From Tubiluchus corallicola (Eukaryota; Animalia; Priapulida): a DNA stretch of 64,000 nucleotides. The notes under the pieces are model-generated. The model searched no databases. It saw only the letters and a list, made by a program, of their open reading frames with translations, and was not told where the DNA came from. The DNA is taken from the NCBI GenBank assembly GCA_030141605.1, contig JAQGDQ010000998.1, positions 1-64,000 on the forward strand, in the 5' to 3' direction. The position numbers were made by a program, and so were the translations under genes. Below, one piece after another: positions 1 to 13,200 of this stretch (positions are counted from its first letter, which is position 1; the number at the start of each line of letters is the position of its first letter).

Positions 1-3000
1 TTACCCCACCATGGAGTATTTCACCCTAGGAAGCCAAACAAGATCCGTGTTGTTTTTAATTGCTCCTGCAAGTGCAATGGCATATCTCTGAATGATGTTA
101 TAATGTCCGGACCGAATCTGACATCAAATTTATTAGATGTATTGCTACGGTTCCGGGAGCATGAAGTTGCTATTTGTGCAGACATCGAGGGCATGTTCAA
201 CCAGGTCCTCGTAGATCCTTCGCAGTTTGACATGCTGAGATTCTTGTGGTATGATGATGGCGCTCAGATTGGCGACAGTCCAGTAGACTACCACATGTCT
301 GTTCACTTGTTTGGTTGTGTGTATCTCATCACCATTTTGTGCCAATCTGGCAGTCAGAAAGACAGCTGATGACAATGCTCATGATTTTGATGCTGCAACA
401 CTGTATGCTGTAAAGAACAATTTTTACGTTGACGATCTGCTAAAGTCTGTCAGCACAGAATATGAAGCAGTAAGACTAGCAAATAGCCTCACGGAGCTAC
501 TGCAGAGAGGTGGTTTCCACTTGACAAAGTTCCTTAGTAACAGAGAGGCTGTTATCAAAGAAATTCCGGAATCAGAAAGAGCCAAACCTATTCTGGACTT
601 GCAACAGAAGCTAGCTGATCCACCAATAGAGAGTGCCCTTGGAATTAGATGGAACACTCAAGATGATGTATTTCAATTCAAGTCTGTTCTGAAGGGCAAA
701 CCTACTACGAGGCGAGGTATCCTGTCTGAGACATCATCATTGTTTGACCCTTTGGGTTTCTTATGTGCTGTGATTCTACCAGCCAAGGTCTTACTCCAGC
801 ACTTGTGCAAGCTAAAGCTTGATTGGGATGAGCATATCCCAGATGATCTAGAAGCTAAGTGGCTAAAGTGGACTACTAGCTTGAGCAGTCTTAATGACCT
901 GAAAATTCCGAGATGTATCAAGCTGATCAATTTCGGACCTGTTACATCTACCCAACTGCATCATTTTAGTGATGCCTCGAATGATGCCTATGGAGTATGC
1001 TCCTATGTTCGGTTTGTTAATCAGCAGGGACAGATTCATTGTTGTCTGCTAACAGCTAAGAGCAGAGTTGCTCCTCTGAAAACACAAACTGTGCCGAGGT
1101 TAGAATTGCAAGCTTCAGTTATTGCTGTCAGAATGAACAAAACAATTCTAGAAGCTTTGGACATCAAAATAGATGCTGTTGTTTTCTGGACTGATTCAAC
1201 ATCAGTTTTGAAATTCATCCAAAATGAAAAGAAGAGGTTCCAAGTGTATGTGGCCAATAGACTCGCTGAGATTCATTGTGGTTCAGATGTTAGTCAATGG
1301 CGGTATGTCAGTTCTTCGCAGAATGTTGCAGATGACATAACAAGAGGCATAAAGCCAGAACAGCTATCTGCAGACCACAGATGGTTCAGGGGTCCTCCTT
1401 TTCTCTGGAAAACGGAAGCTGAGTGGCCAGCACAGCCAACACTATTCCCAGTACCTGATGACCATGAAGAAGTGAAGAAAGTGCAGATCAACTTGGCCAT
1501 CCAAGAAGAGCCAATAGACGAGTTGCTAACTTATTTCTCTTCTTGGGAAAAACTCCGTATTTCTGTAGCTTGGTTCATCAAGTATAAACATTACTTGAGG
1601 AACAAGGGAACAGGTTGCCATGGAAAGATAGAGAAGCATTTGCGATATGGTGATCTGGAAGAAGCAGAGAAATCCATTATTCATTTGGTGCAGAAGATTG
1701 CATTTCGAGAAGAGATAAAACTGATGTCTCCAGCATTATCAGGTAATAAAGAATCACTTAATAAAGAGAAGAATCACCTAAAGTCCAGTCCTCTGTATGG
1801 CATCAGACCCTTCGTGGATGCCGAAGGCCTACTGAGAGTTCATGGAAGACTAACCAGAGGTAGCTTCAACTATGGTTACAAATATCCACTGATTCTTCCC
1901 TACAAACATCACATAACTGACTTGCTGATTCAATATTATCATGAATCATATGCTCATTTAGGCAGAGACTATGTTCTTTCCCAGATGAGACTGAAGTATT
2001 ACATTATCAAGGGGAAAAGCGCAGTAAGAAGAGTTTTGTCTCGGTGCTTCAAATGCAAGAAAGAACGCTCTCGGCCTGCCGAGCAGTTAATGGCCGATCT
2101 TCCGACTGCAAGAATTAAGCCATACGATCCTCCATTTTCCAGAATAGGAATCGACTTTTTTGGGCCGATATATGTTAGACAAGGCCATTCTACCGTCAAG
2201 CGCTATGGGTGCCTTGCTACATGCATGGCCACCAGAGCTGTTCATATAGAGATTACGCACAATCTTGACACCGACTCCTTCATCAACGCATTTCGAAGAA
2301 TCATATGTAGAAGAGGAGAGGTGCTGGAAGTCTGGACTGACAGAGGGACAAACTTCATTGGTGGTGAGCGTGAACTTCGTGAAGCTCTACAACTGTGGAA
2401 TGAAGAAAAATTAAACAAGCATATGGTGCAAGGGGGTGTAAAATGGACCTTCAACACTGCATGGGCCAGTCACCACGGTGGTGTTTGGGAAAGGTGTATC
2501 AGATCTTTCCGTGGCATCTTCCGGCAACTGTTGAAGGAACAAACCATTACTGATGAAGTCTTGCTGACTTTGATTGCTGAAGCCGAGTTCATCATGAACA
2601 ACAGACCTTTAACGGAGTTTTCCAATGACCCAAATGACTTCAGACCATTAACGCCAAATGACCTCATTCTACAGCGACCTTGCCCAAATCTGCCACCAGG
2701 CATCTTCTGCAAAGACGACTCTATGCTGAAAAGGAGATGGAGGCAGTGCCAGTATCTCGTCAACATCTTCTGGCGCCGCTGGGTCAAGGAATACATTCCA
2801 AACTTGCAACAACGTCAGAAATGGCTGACTGTAAAAAGAAACTTTAAAGAGAATGATTTCGTTCTGGTCGTTGATGAGAATGCTGCTCGGAATCAATGGA
2901 CAACAGGCAGAATCACCGAAGTATTTCCAGCTCCGGATGGACTCGTGAGATCAGTTATGGTGAAGACCCCATCTTCGACATTGCTCAGACCAATAACAAA

Positions 3001-3028
3001 GCTATGTCTGCTCGAAGAAGCTGAGTAA
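1..3028 (+). CDS. Bel/Pao pol polyprotein (RT, RNase H, integrase), 5'-partial, one frameshift near 319-322
   Basis: Frame 1 reads LPHHGV..KIRVVF..SLND..GPNL..ADIEGMFNQV..HLFG. The 311-3028 frame reads SSPF..FYVDD (RT), HFSDAS / APLK..PRLEL / WTDS (RNase H), H..H..CFKC zinc finger, and IDFFGP / TDRG / WERC (DDE integrase), ending LLRPITKLCLLE. Confidence 0.93.
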
Positions 3029-3778
3029 ATTTCTGTTTAATGTGTTTATATGCACTTTAATTCTAAAGTACAAATTATTTCATATTTGTCATATATAGTT
3101 ACGTTTATTTTGACCTAATGACTGCAGTATTGTTGGTGAGAAATGACCTTGCCTGTATTATTTAGTTATTTAAATTTGATGCTGCAATAGTTCGCTGTTA
3201 TGCGAAAAATTTGATTCTGTGTTAATTTTGTGAATTAAGTGTTATCCATGAATGTGTGATTTAGTTTACAATTTTGCCAAATTAATTGTCAGTAATTTGA
3301 AATGTATGTCAAATATTTGCTTAAATCTTTCAGGCAAAATTAACATTAAATTCTATGGCTTGGCAGTAGGCCAACTTTGTGATAATGTAATTCTAAGTTT
3401 TATATGATGTGCTACATAGAACTTAGCATTGAACGACATTTGCCTTTGCTAACTGTTATAAGCTATCAAAGTCACTATCGCATCAGATTCTGTTTTATTA
3501 CATCGTATCTTATCGATTCGTTATTTGATTCATTGCTTTGTAGTGCTTTAGCTAACAGTATTTATCTGTAACTTTCATGTTTGGAATTATTTCACTTAAA
3601 GCGTTTCACTGGAATAGTTTTAACTATCAAACTGTATGATTTTTCAGTTTTGACTAAAATATTTAGTTGTACTAAATAGCATCTAAGTGTTACTGTTCAG
3701 AGTTCATGTAATATTGTGCAGTGACTTACAAGCAGATTATTGTAATGACCACTTTATAAGCGCTCATTAGGAGCCGGG

Positions 3779-4071
3779 TGTAGCAGACTTAGCTTTCTTT
3801 TTGTTAATCTTACTTATCGTGCACGAGGCGCCCTCTGTGACGTGAATGTAAAGCTTTTGGGTTTGGCCAGCTTTTCTGTTTGTTACCTGCTAGTCACCTG
3901 TCTGTTATTACACACCTGTGCTCTGAACAGTCAGGTTAATCCACTTTATGGGAGCAGTTGGACATTTATGTTATACTGGACATACTAATTATGTTAATAA
4001 AGCTTTCAGTGGTATTAACCTCTGTGGACAGTGTTTTCTGTGATTACACAGCAGTATGGTGGCTCATTACA
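3779..4071 (+). repeat. Putative 3' LTR (~293 bp)
   Basis: Begins TGTA right after the polypurine tract, ends TACA at 4071, and contains AATAAA at 3996-4001. The 5' LTR is not in the window, so the right boundary cannot be confirmed. Confidence 0.7.
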
Positions 4072-5879
4072 GTATAATAATATAGACAGAGATTTAAGAT
4101 TCAAGGAGACACAAAGACAATTAAAAACGGTCCTACTGAGGGAACTTTACCTTAAATTATTTTAACAACCAGCTTATATCTATTGTGCATTTGTGCCTTA
4201 TTGTGTTTAGAATATATGTGCGTATGAGTACTGTGTTTTAACCTAATACGTAATATCTTATTATATGATATTGTACTGGCAAATTTTAATGTACTGTGGT
4301 TTATATTTCAACACTTTTGAAACTATAAAATTTGAAAACTGTGTACGTTTTTTGCCTTATCTTGTATTTAAATTTTATTAGTGTGCATACCTTTACTATG
4401 GATGTATTGCAGTATGATGTTTATATTATAATTTTTAACTTTACATTTTAATAATAGAATTTCTTATTTTTAAAATTTAATATGCTTAACTTCAGCGTGG
4501 ATGTATTATTTTTGTGTTTTATTTATTTTACAACACTTTACCTAAATACTCGTTTTTAGTAATATTTCATGTTTTTTAATAATTACTATGCTAATTTTAA
4601 TGTTGATGCATTGCAATGTATTGTATTTATTTCATAATGTTTTTCTTAATTTCTTGTATTTCATTTATAATAGTATTTTTAATTTTTGTAATTACTAACC
4701 ACACCTGAACTGTATTGGAAATAACGTTATGTTTTTACATATCCAAGCAAAAAATAAATGTCTACTCTATCAATAGATTAGACGTAGGAAATTCCAACGC
4801 AGTTTCACAGGCTTCCGCAATAAGCCGTCTCAATGCGAATAACTCTATGTATAGATTCGTGCAGCGGACAGTGTCTTTACGAGAATGCACTTACGTACTC
4901 TCTCAATCTCACAAAGTGAATCGAACAAATAAGTAACAGTAATACATAGGTTTATTGAACAATCACTAAACATCCAATACTTGATTTAGCGTTTCATTAA
5001 TTTACAACTTTGTTTATTTATGCGCTTTTGGCGCTCACAACTAGTGTTTGTAAGATATAGCTGAATGTTTGCAGTTCAAGTTACTAAAGTTTAAATGTTA
5101 CTCAACAATTGTAACTTCATACAATAGTACAAGTTAATAGAAATTGCTTCGATCCGTTTAACAATTACTGAATAGATTGTAATGTTACTTAACTTGTGGT
5201 CTGGCCAATCTTACGACTGTAATTGGCCAGATCCGAAATCCTAGTAGAGACGTTTAAGCACCAGAGGTTTGTTGATCAAACTACGCAGAATTATTCTCCA
5301 CGCTGAGCGCTACTACAATCTCCTACCTCAGGAATTTCTCTGCAACAGACCACGACAGCTCCGTCCACGACCCTTGACTTCCAGCAACCGACAACCAACA
5401 ACCGCCAAAATCTCTCAGCACTCTTTTTGAATGCAAGGTCAGTTGACATGACATTGTCAGAGACTCGATCAGAGCCACATCACTGACCATCAACTTGGTA
5501 CATCAATCGCAACTCGGACAAGACTTCCATTGCATTAGCCCTAATGACATTATCTTTAGGCTAATGATTAATTGAAATGACGACATTCGTGTCTTTCTAC
5601 GACTCTGCTTATAAACAATAGCTTTTGACCATTGGCGATTTTACTCGGAAGTTCGGGGACGGTGGTACCAAGTCTGAGTTATGCAATATGGGCTAATAGC
5701 CCTTCCTCAAAGTTCAACTGTCGTTATCTGACTTCTAATTTCTGTTTATAATATAAGATTTCTATGATCTTCCAACCTCTGATCCTATATGCATTAAATT
5801 CAAGGTACAAGCTGAGTGAATCATCATAGCTGAACGGCATGATCTTCGTTCAGAGTCTAATCTATTATGATTAATCTTA

Positions 5880-6246
5880 TTCCGAATTTTCTATTGATTA
5901 ACCCGTTATTTCAAAATAAATTCATAACATTAATCTTCCAAGTCGCTGTAGCGCGCAAGCCAAATGTGTATTAGTTACATGTACCTGGTTTTTCCTGCAT
6001 ACGTTGGAAAGCCGTGCTTAATCTCAGAAGTAGCCTGCCTTTAGTCAGAATACTGTTATTGATAACTTGCTGCACAATACTGATACAATTCTTAGACTGA
6101 AAATTTTTTAAGCCGTGGCAAAGAATTTTGTTTAACCTATATTAGCTTTCTATGTTTCTATAATCCATCTCTGTGTTTTATTTGTGTTTTGTTTTTATTG
6201 TTCTATGGACTGTAAATGTCTGAAATAAAATAAATAATAATAAAAA
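5880..6246 (+). mobile_element. Degenerate 3' end of a non-LTR retrotransposon (same family as 20500-20880)
   Basis: Decayed C-terminal coding similarity to the 20606-20875 ORF; tail ATGTCTGAAATAAAATAAATAATAATAA is shared with the minus-strand copy at ~20510-20540. Confidence 0.55.
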
Positions 6247-6499
6247 GTAATATTTATTAGAAAAATCCAACTTTTCTACTCCAGACTAGCAGTTACGAAA
6301 ATCCAATAATAATAATAATAAAAATGTAATAAAATTCATTATTTAGTAGGATGTTTGCTTGTCAACTAGGGGGATAAAGATTTATAACACAACGCATATT
6401 TCGTGGTTCAACGTCGTGCGGGAAGATATCATTGCCCTGTCGACCCAACCGGAGCTCCCGTAGTCAGGTGATTAATTAATTACAATTAATTGCCTCAAA

Positions 6500-7270
6500 G
6501 CGAGTGTACTTTATATAGTTATCGAAGAGTTACGGTAGCATTAAGGAGTCCTCTTATGGCATTATTACAGGTAATACCTCCAACATTCTTCCAATATTTC
6601 CTTTATCGTGATTAAATCAAAGACTATTGCTATAAAATTGTGTACAAAATATTACTAAAAAGTCTTCTCTTAACATTAACAGAACAGTTTTCGAACCTCC
6701 TGATAATATAATTGGCTCTCGCACACAATAGGCCACGTTGATATTTAATATCGAGATCATCTTGTAATGTGTTGATCAAGATGTGACCCAAATATGTCTG
6801 GTCATTAACGATCTTAACATCAGAACCACTTGGAATCACGCTAGAGCACGAGAGATTAGCATATCGTCTGGGTATGCAATATAAACACTTGCTTTTATCA
6901 GAGTTATAGCAAATATCATTTTCTAAAGCAAAATGTTCACATATATTGAGTAGATGCTAAAGCTGCGGAACTGAACTAGCAAAAACACAGAAGTCATCAG
7001 CACAGGCTCACTGACCTAAAGTAGCACTAGTGGCATTTGCACTGTTTAAACGTACAGATAGATTGCTCATGTAAATATTTAAAAATAATGCCGTAAGGAC
7101 ACCACGTTTGTTTTCACACCATTGGAAACACTTATATCATAAGAGACATAAACCTGCCAAATTACATTTCTGTAATTTCTGTACGATATTTCTGTAATTT
7201 CTGTGATTTCTGTACCAATAGTAGAGTAAACAAACAACAAAGACAAGAAGACCACAAATAGCAGCAGCTT
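6500..7270 (-). mobile_element. Degenerate LINE reverse-transcriptase fragment (RTE-X/L2-group-like)
   Basis: Minus strand reads SNGVK..GVL..FLNIYM, ADDFCVFASSVPQL*HLLNICE..NDICYNSDKSKC, and YLGHIL...DDLDI...ARANYIIRRFENCSVNVKRRLF, with stops and frameshifts. Confidence 0.8.
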
Positions 7271-7654
7271 TTCTTATTTTATGTTTGTAAATATTTTATC
7301 CTGTATTTTAGCAACGTATCAAAATGAAACATGCAAACGCAAGCTGTGAAGATGATAGTCTCTCAGTGTCTCATATTGTAAATTACAGGTCAGTACGTGA
7401 TTTTACTATGACTGTAAGATGAGACATACGTAAACTTCACTTATTGTATTTGGTGTGAATTTTATTTACATGGACTAATTCCGAACTAATTTAGCTGAAA
7501 TGAATTGCACAGTAGTACATTTATATTATAATGTACTTTACTATTGAACAAACGTCAATAATAAAATAGTGACTATTGAAGTATAGTAGTTAGCTGTTGA
7601 AGTAGTCAAAAAATCGTCAATTCTGAAAACGGAAAGAAAACAGTAACGTTTTGT

Positions 7655-8361
7655 GAAATCCTAGTGCATGCTTTTGTTAGTTCAGGACTGGATTACTGCA
7701 ATAGTTTATTACATGGTCTTCCTCTCTACCAAATTCAAAAGCTTCAACACGTACACACAAGTTGTCGGAAATTTGACCATATCACTCCAATACTCAGGGA
7801 ACTGCACTGGTTGTCTATTGAGTACAGAATTAAATTTAAAATAAATTTGATAGCTTAAAAAGCAATCAATGGTCTGGCTTCCACTTACATGTCAGACCTT
7901 CTTAAACTAAGTGTCCCTTGCAGAGCATTAAGATCTAGCTCAAACAGAAGTAATCTTGAAGTCCCACGTACCAGGCTAGTCATATGCGGAGATAAATCAT
8001 TCAGTTCTGCTGCCCCCAAATTGTGGAATTCTTTGCCCGCGCAATTACGCCTGATCAAGCCGCTTGATAATTTTTAAAAAGTCTAAAAACTTTCTATTTT
8101 AATGAAGCCTTCTGTGGTTGAGCTGATCTTGCATTTTTTACGATTTTGTATGTTTTATGGCATTGTTTTTATTATTTTACTAAATTTTCCGTATTTTTAT
8201 TATTTTTCCGTTTTTATCATATTTGCTTTTAATCAATCAATGTGCCATTGTCTTGAATATCTTATGAATTATTTTTTTAGCAATTGTGATGATCTTTTAT
8301 TTGCATTTAATCATGATGTAAAATGGATTAAAAATATTCAATAAATTATTATTATTATTAT
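7655..8361 (+). mobile_element. L2/CR1-clade LINE 3' remnant
   Basis: LVHAFVSSGLDYCNSLLHGLP..IQKLQ..FDHITPILRELHWL.IEYRIKFK and GDKSFSSAAPKLWNSLP, the classic L2 ORF2 C-terminus, followed by an AATAAA(TTA)n tail. Confidence 0.9.
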
Positions 8362-8920
8362 AACGTTACGTTGAAAGTTTTACCCGTATATAATTATCGA
8401 ATTTTATTAGAAATTCTTATCAAGTATAATGCTAGCTAGTGTTGTTATAGTATAAAACGTGTATGTATAACTTTCAGATTTTGGCAGCGACTAGCCTGTG
8501 ACCATTTGGAAGTTTGGAATATAGTCGCTGTATTACAATATATTGCAATTATTCTTTATTGGAATTGTTATACATAATGTACAAGTATCATGTATACAAG
8601 CACCGATGTTTACGTACAACTATTTAAAATTAACTGGTGAATGTGTGGTGATTGCAATAATGTTAAGCCATAAATATACAATATAAACGACATCAATGAC
8701 ACACGCATTTCAACACAAAATAAGCATTTTTACAAAACTGTACATATAACATCACAAGCTAAAACCAATCAAAACGTATAACAATGTCACGTTCATCACA
8801 ACACAAATAAAAATGTTGTGACCTTTTAAAACCAGTTAAAACTCCCTATCGTTAGAGTAAAATTTTAATATCAGTTACCTAGATGGCATAAAGAAGTCTG
8901 ATTTGCTATTTACTTTGTCA

Positions 8921-9249
8921 ACTTTGTGGATTGGACTGTTATAGTTTACTTTGTCTCTATATTTTGTGGGTAGGTCTATTATAGTTTAGTTTGTCTCTTT
9001 ACCTTGTGGATAGGTCTATTATAGTTTACTTTGTCTCTTTACCTTGTAGATAGGTCTATTATAGTTTGCTTTGTCTCTTTACCTTATGGATAGGTCTATT
9101 ATAGTCTACTTTGTCTCTTTACTTTGTGGATAGGTCTCTTATAGTTTACCTTGTCTTTTTACTTTGTGGATAAGTCTATTGTAGTTTACTTTGTGGACAG
9201 GTCTGTTATAGTTTACTGTATCTCTTTACTTTGTGGATAGGTCCATTAT
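8921..9249. repeat. Minisatellite, ~40-bp unit, ~8 imperfect copies
   Basis: Unit approximates GTGGATAGGTCTATTATAGTTTACTTTGTCTCTTTACCTT, head-to-tail without unique spacers. Confidence 0.9.
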
Positions 9250-9380
9250 GACCAGACGGTATAGTCTAGTGGAAAAGCGTCGGCTTTACGTTTGGCAGGT
9301 CATGAGTTTGATACTGATATCAAAGACTTTTAAAATGGTACTTGGTGTTACTCCGCCCGGCGCGTGGAATTTAGGGTAAT
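9250..9380 (+). mobile_element. tRNA-derived SINE head, truncated
   Basis: A-box-like TAGTCTAGTGG and B-box-like GAGTTTGATAC at tRNA spacing, followed by a SINE-body-like AAAGACTTTTAAAATGGTAC. No complete cloverleaf. Confidence 0.5.
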
Positions 9381-9782
9381 AATAGTCTCTGTTGTGTAGT
9401 TGTAGAATTGTTCATCCAAATCCCGATTTTATACAAAGTTTATTTTTATTATTGTTTTTATTATTATTTTTTTATTATTATTGTTACACGGATATCGTCT
9501 TTTATTAATGTTTTAAAAGTAGAAATATTTGTTGTTGTTTTTGTTTCAACCGGTAGAGCATTCCACATGCCGATTACTGATTTATTACAGACTTACGTCC
9601 GTATCTATTAACATATTATTAATGCGTATCTGTCTTAGATTACAGCTTGCGTTATGTCGTTGAAGGAAGTCCATATCTTTCAACGGCACCGCATATACGA
9701 TTTATGTAATTGTAGGCAAAGTGTACTGTATATTGTACATACATATCAACACTTTTCTCAAATTAGTTGACAACTAACGATT

Positions 9783-9885
9783 TCATTAATTAGTCAGATT
9801 ATGACTGTGAATGCCAGAGTATTTACACACAGCAATGGTTTATAAACACTGTGGCAATCACAGTCATAATTGAACTAATTAATGA
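9783..9885. repeat. Imperfect inverted repeat / hairpin with ~45-bp arms
   Basis: TCATTAATTAGTCAGATTATGACTGTGAATGCCAGAGT pairs with ACTGTGGCAATCACAGTCATAATTGAACTAATTAATGA. Confidence 0.8.
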
Positions 9886-10248
9886 CATTGTTATATTGAC
9901 TGTGTAAGGATAATGTATTATTAATTCTATTGTTGCGATTCCTAATTTACCGATCTGGCGTTAGGTCTGCGACAACAACTTGGAAAAATGAACTGAGCTT
10001 CCTAAGATTATTTTTATTGCACAGTCCTGCACTGAATTAAGTTTTGTCCGTAAAAGTTTGTGAAACGTTTTAAAGAAACATTAACACATAAATCAAATGT
10101 GGTAAAAGAATCGTTTCGTAAATAAGTATTCTTTTTTCATTTAAGCTTAATCGTCCTTTTACTCCTTTTAAAAATAAATCAGAACTTGTTAAAAACAATT
10201 TCTCCGGCTTTAGTCAGTTTGATCTCACATTTCAGTGAGTGATACTGC

Positions 10249-13200
10249 TCACATTTTAGTTTCAAACAGATGGAATTCGTCTGTACAAAAGGCGTGATTC
10301 GTCTTTTCTTTTTTCTGCTCAGTTGAAGGACTGGGAGGACTGATTCTGGACGATTCGTCTGAGTTTCTGGCCCAGTCTTGAACTTCACCCGATACGAAGA
10401 CGTTATAGAACATTCCACCTGCGACTTGTATACAAAATGAAATCCAGAAAACGATTTGCCATTCTCTCTGAGTTTGCTGAAAAAGAGAAACACACGAAAT
10501 GTGTAAATGAAGGAATAGGTGGAAGAAAAAGAAAACAAGAATGAAAAAGGAAGGAAAGGGACAGCAAGAAAAGAAAGAAGGAAAGAAAGAAAGAAAGATT
10601 CCGGGATTCTGAAAATGAAAATGAAGGGAGTAAAGTAAGCAGAAAAAGAAAAAAGGCTGAAAGACTAAATGAGTAAAATTTGACAAAATCAGAATGAAAG
10701 AATGATAGGGTGAATGAATGCGCCAGTGGATGAATGTAAAAACTAAAACAACAACTTATTACTAGATCTTTTTGGTAACTACAGGTTAAGAACCTTATTC
10801 AGCTAAGAAACATTTTATTGAATGAGAAGTTTTAGTTCTAGGATTAATTAACATGAATGCTGCTTGCTGTTTTTTCCTATTTAATTAGTGTCTCCTAAAT
10901 CTGATAGTTTTATGATTGTACTATTTGCATAAGTCAAATAAACAACAGCTTATATACTCACTTGAGTAGTTATTAATCCCACAATGTATGGTGAAATAAT
11001 ACCAGTGATTGTAGTGATGGTGTTTGACAAACCGAAGATAATACCACCATAACGAGGGGCAATGTCGATCATGTTAGGAAATGCAGAAGTGTAAGCAAAG
11101 CCATACAGACACTGACCAATCACTAAAAGCGTGAGAAATCCCAGCTTCTGGTCGCAACCAAGGTAGCCGCTTACGACCAATAGCATGCCGGGTAACATCA
11201 ACCCTGTAACAGCAAAATGTAGAAATGATTTATTGATTTATATTAACATTTTTAGATCATTTTATTAAAAGTAGCAGGTTTCAAAGTATTGAAATAATTA
11301 GCTACTTTGAAACCTAATAAATGAAACTATATAGCAAAACATAGCCCGGTTCATGACCGAGTGGTATGCATAGGCCCATGCATTGTATTTGAATGGAGTG
11401 TGATCAAATGATATCATAGAAAGCACGTTCATCCAAATATGTGTGAACTCTGGTGGTTGCTGTGGCTCGAGTAGGCATGCCTTTGATTGTTGGATTCTGG
11501 TTTGCAGTGGATCGAAGTACATTACATCTGATTATCTAATCATCTAATGGCAAAAAATATGGGAACTTATAAGATTGCGCAGGCACTACCCAGGACGTTG
11601 CAAAGACGACGGACATTTTGTGTGGTCATCATTTTTCTTTCTCTGAGTTCATCGGCCATAATTCCACTGACACTGATTGCAATGGAGCAGGCAATCCATG
11701 GCATCGCCGAATAAAGACCATTCTGCCAAAATGAAAAAAAGTGCAGTAGTGCCGCCATGTAGTTTCGAAAATACCAAAATCAGCGCATTTGTACGGAGAA
11801 TGAGAAAATAAAAAAATATTTATGTTCGAAATCACAATTAAGATGAAAAATTGGCAACCAAATCGGGATTTGAACTAGAACCATGTGATTACACGCATTT
11901 TTACTAAGTTTTCAATAAAGAAGCCTATTTGCCTGCACCTGACAGGGAAGTTGTGACAGCTGTCTTTATAATACAAAATTAGCAACATTAAATGCATTTT
12001 TTCTATTTCAGTCCTAATCATGTTCATGTAAAAATTTATAGGTGAATAGCTTTTTTTCCGTAAAATAGCTCATTCTTTCCTACCTAGATTAGTAAACTAA
12101 TTTACGTATGTTACAACTCCACGATTTGCTAAATCTTTTAAATCAAACTAACCTGCTTGATATCAAAGTGCAGAATTTCTCGCATGAACGTTGGTAGATT
12201 TGTTACCAGGGTATAGAAACCCCAGCCCATGGCAGTATGATTGATAACTATGGCCCAGACTGGTAGAGAGGTGAATAAAACTTTCCATGGTATGGTATTA
12301 TCCTGAGTAATGAAAATAAAGCAGATAATAATTATACATTTAAACAAGTATTTTTATGTTCTAGTGGATTAGCAAAACAATTTGGAAAAGCTGCTATTTG
12401 TTTTATAGATATATGTAGCTAAAGTTAGAGTATACCGCATTCACGATGGCATGTAAAAGGTACTTCTGCTCGTTTAGGCCGCGTTTCCACTGCGCCCGCA
12501 CAGACACAGACTTTTCTGTTCGCACGTTTTACGTCCGCAAAAGTTGTTTCCATTGGGACCGCAAATATTCCGTAAAATACGTCACAAATGTGCCAAAAGT
12601 TTAGCGAGAAATTCTAAACATGAGACTTTCTAGTAGAAAAAAGATTTTTATGTTGCAGTTTTTACGTCGTGTTTTGTAAGGGAATTTAAACAGACTAGTA
12701 GCTTTTATTATAAAACTAACAATGTTTTGAAGCTTATTATTTTCTCCCTGTAACAGCACAGCAAAGCAATGCAATATTCAGGGCAAAGTCGAAATATTGT
12801 GGCAATAGAGAGTATAAATACATTTATATACTACAATTTTAAAAAATGCATGCACCATAGCATCGCAAAATCAAGCCTAAATTTACAGAAACTTTAATTT
12901 AATAACAAAACTACATATTTACTACCTTCAGTATTATGTTGAAAGGCCACTTCGGCCCATAGCTGTCTTGTAAAATCCCTGTGGCTGTATTTGGGATTAC
13001 TCTTGTCATACAAAGCAGGCCTGATCTCCACAGCGTGTACGACCTGTTTGTCCTCCATTATAAAAATGAGCTTGTCCGTCCGCAAAAAAAGGTTGAACAA
13101 TTAAAGTGCTGATCCGTGCGTATACGTGTCTTTCCGTGCGGACGCAGTGGAAACCAAAGACACGTAAAACAATGGTATTCAAAGGCGGGCCATTGTATCA

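Larger units (their letters stand above)
1..4071 (+). mobile_element. Bel/Pao LTR retrotransposon, 3' part (pol, 3' UTR, PPT, 3' LTR); 5' part lies outside the window
   Basis: Pol domain order is RT-RNaseH-integrase with Pao-type motifs. A ~750-bp AT-rich non-coding stretch follows, then purine tract AGGAGCCGGG (3769-3778) directly before TGTAG. Confidence 0.93.

Noticed and set aside
6385-6472. Possible Penelope-type hammerhead ribozyme on the minus strand (CTGACTA...CGAAA)
   Set aside because: The core deviates from CUGANGA and I could not build convincing stems I and III by eye; an Infernal search would be needed.
8921-9249. CRISPR-like periodic array
   Set aside because: Units are contiguous with no unique spacers, there are no cas genes, and the context is eukaryotic; it is a minisatellite.
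9250-9325. Possible tRNA gene
   Set aside because: A and B boxes are degenerate and there is no acceptor stem; better explained as a SINE head.
11584-11590. Weak donor GTAGTG as a sign of SLC17 pseudogenisation
   Set aside because: It is still a GT donor in the correct phase, and all exons are free of stops and frameshifts.
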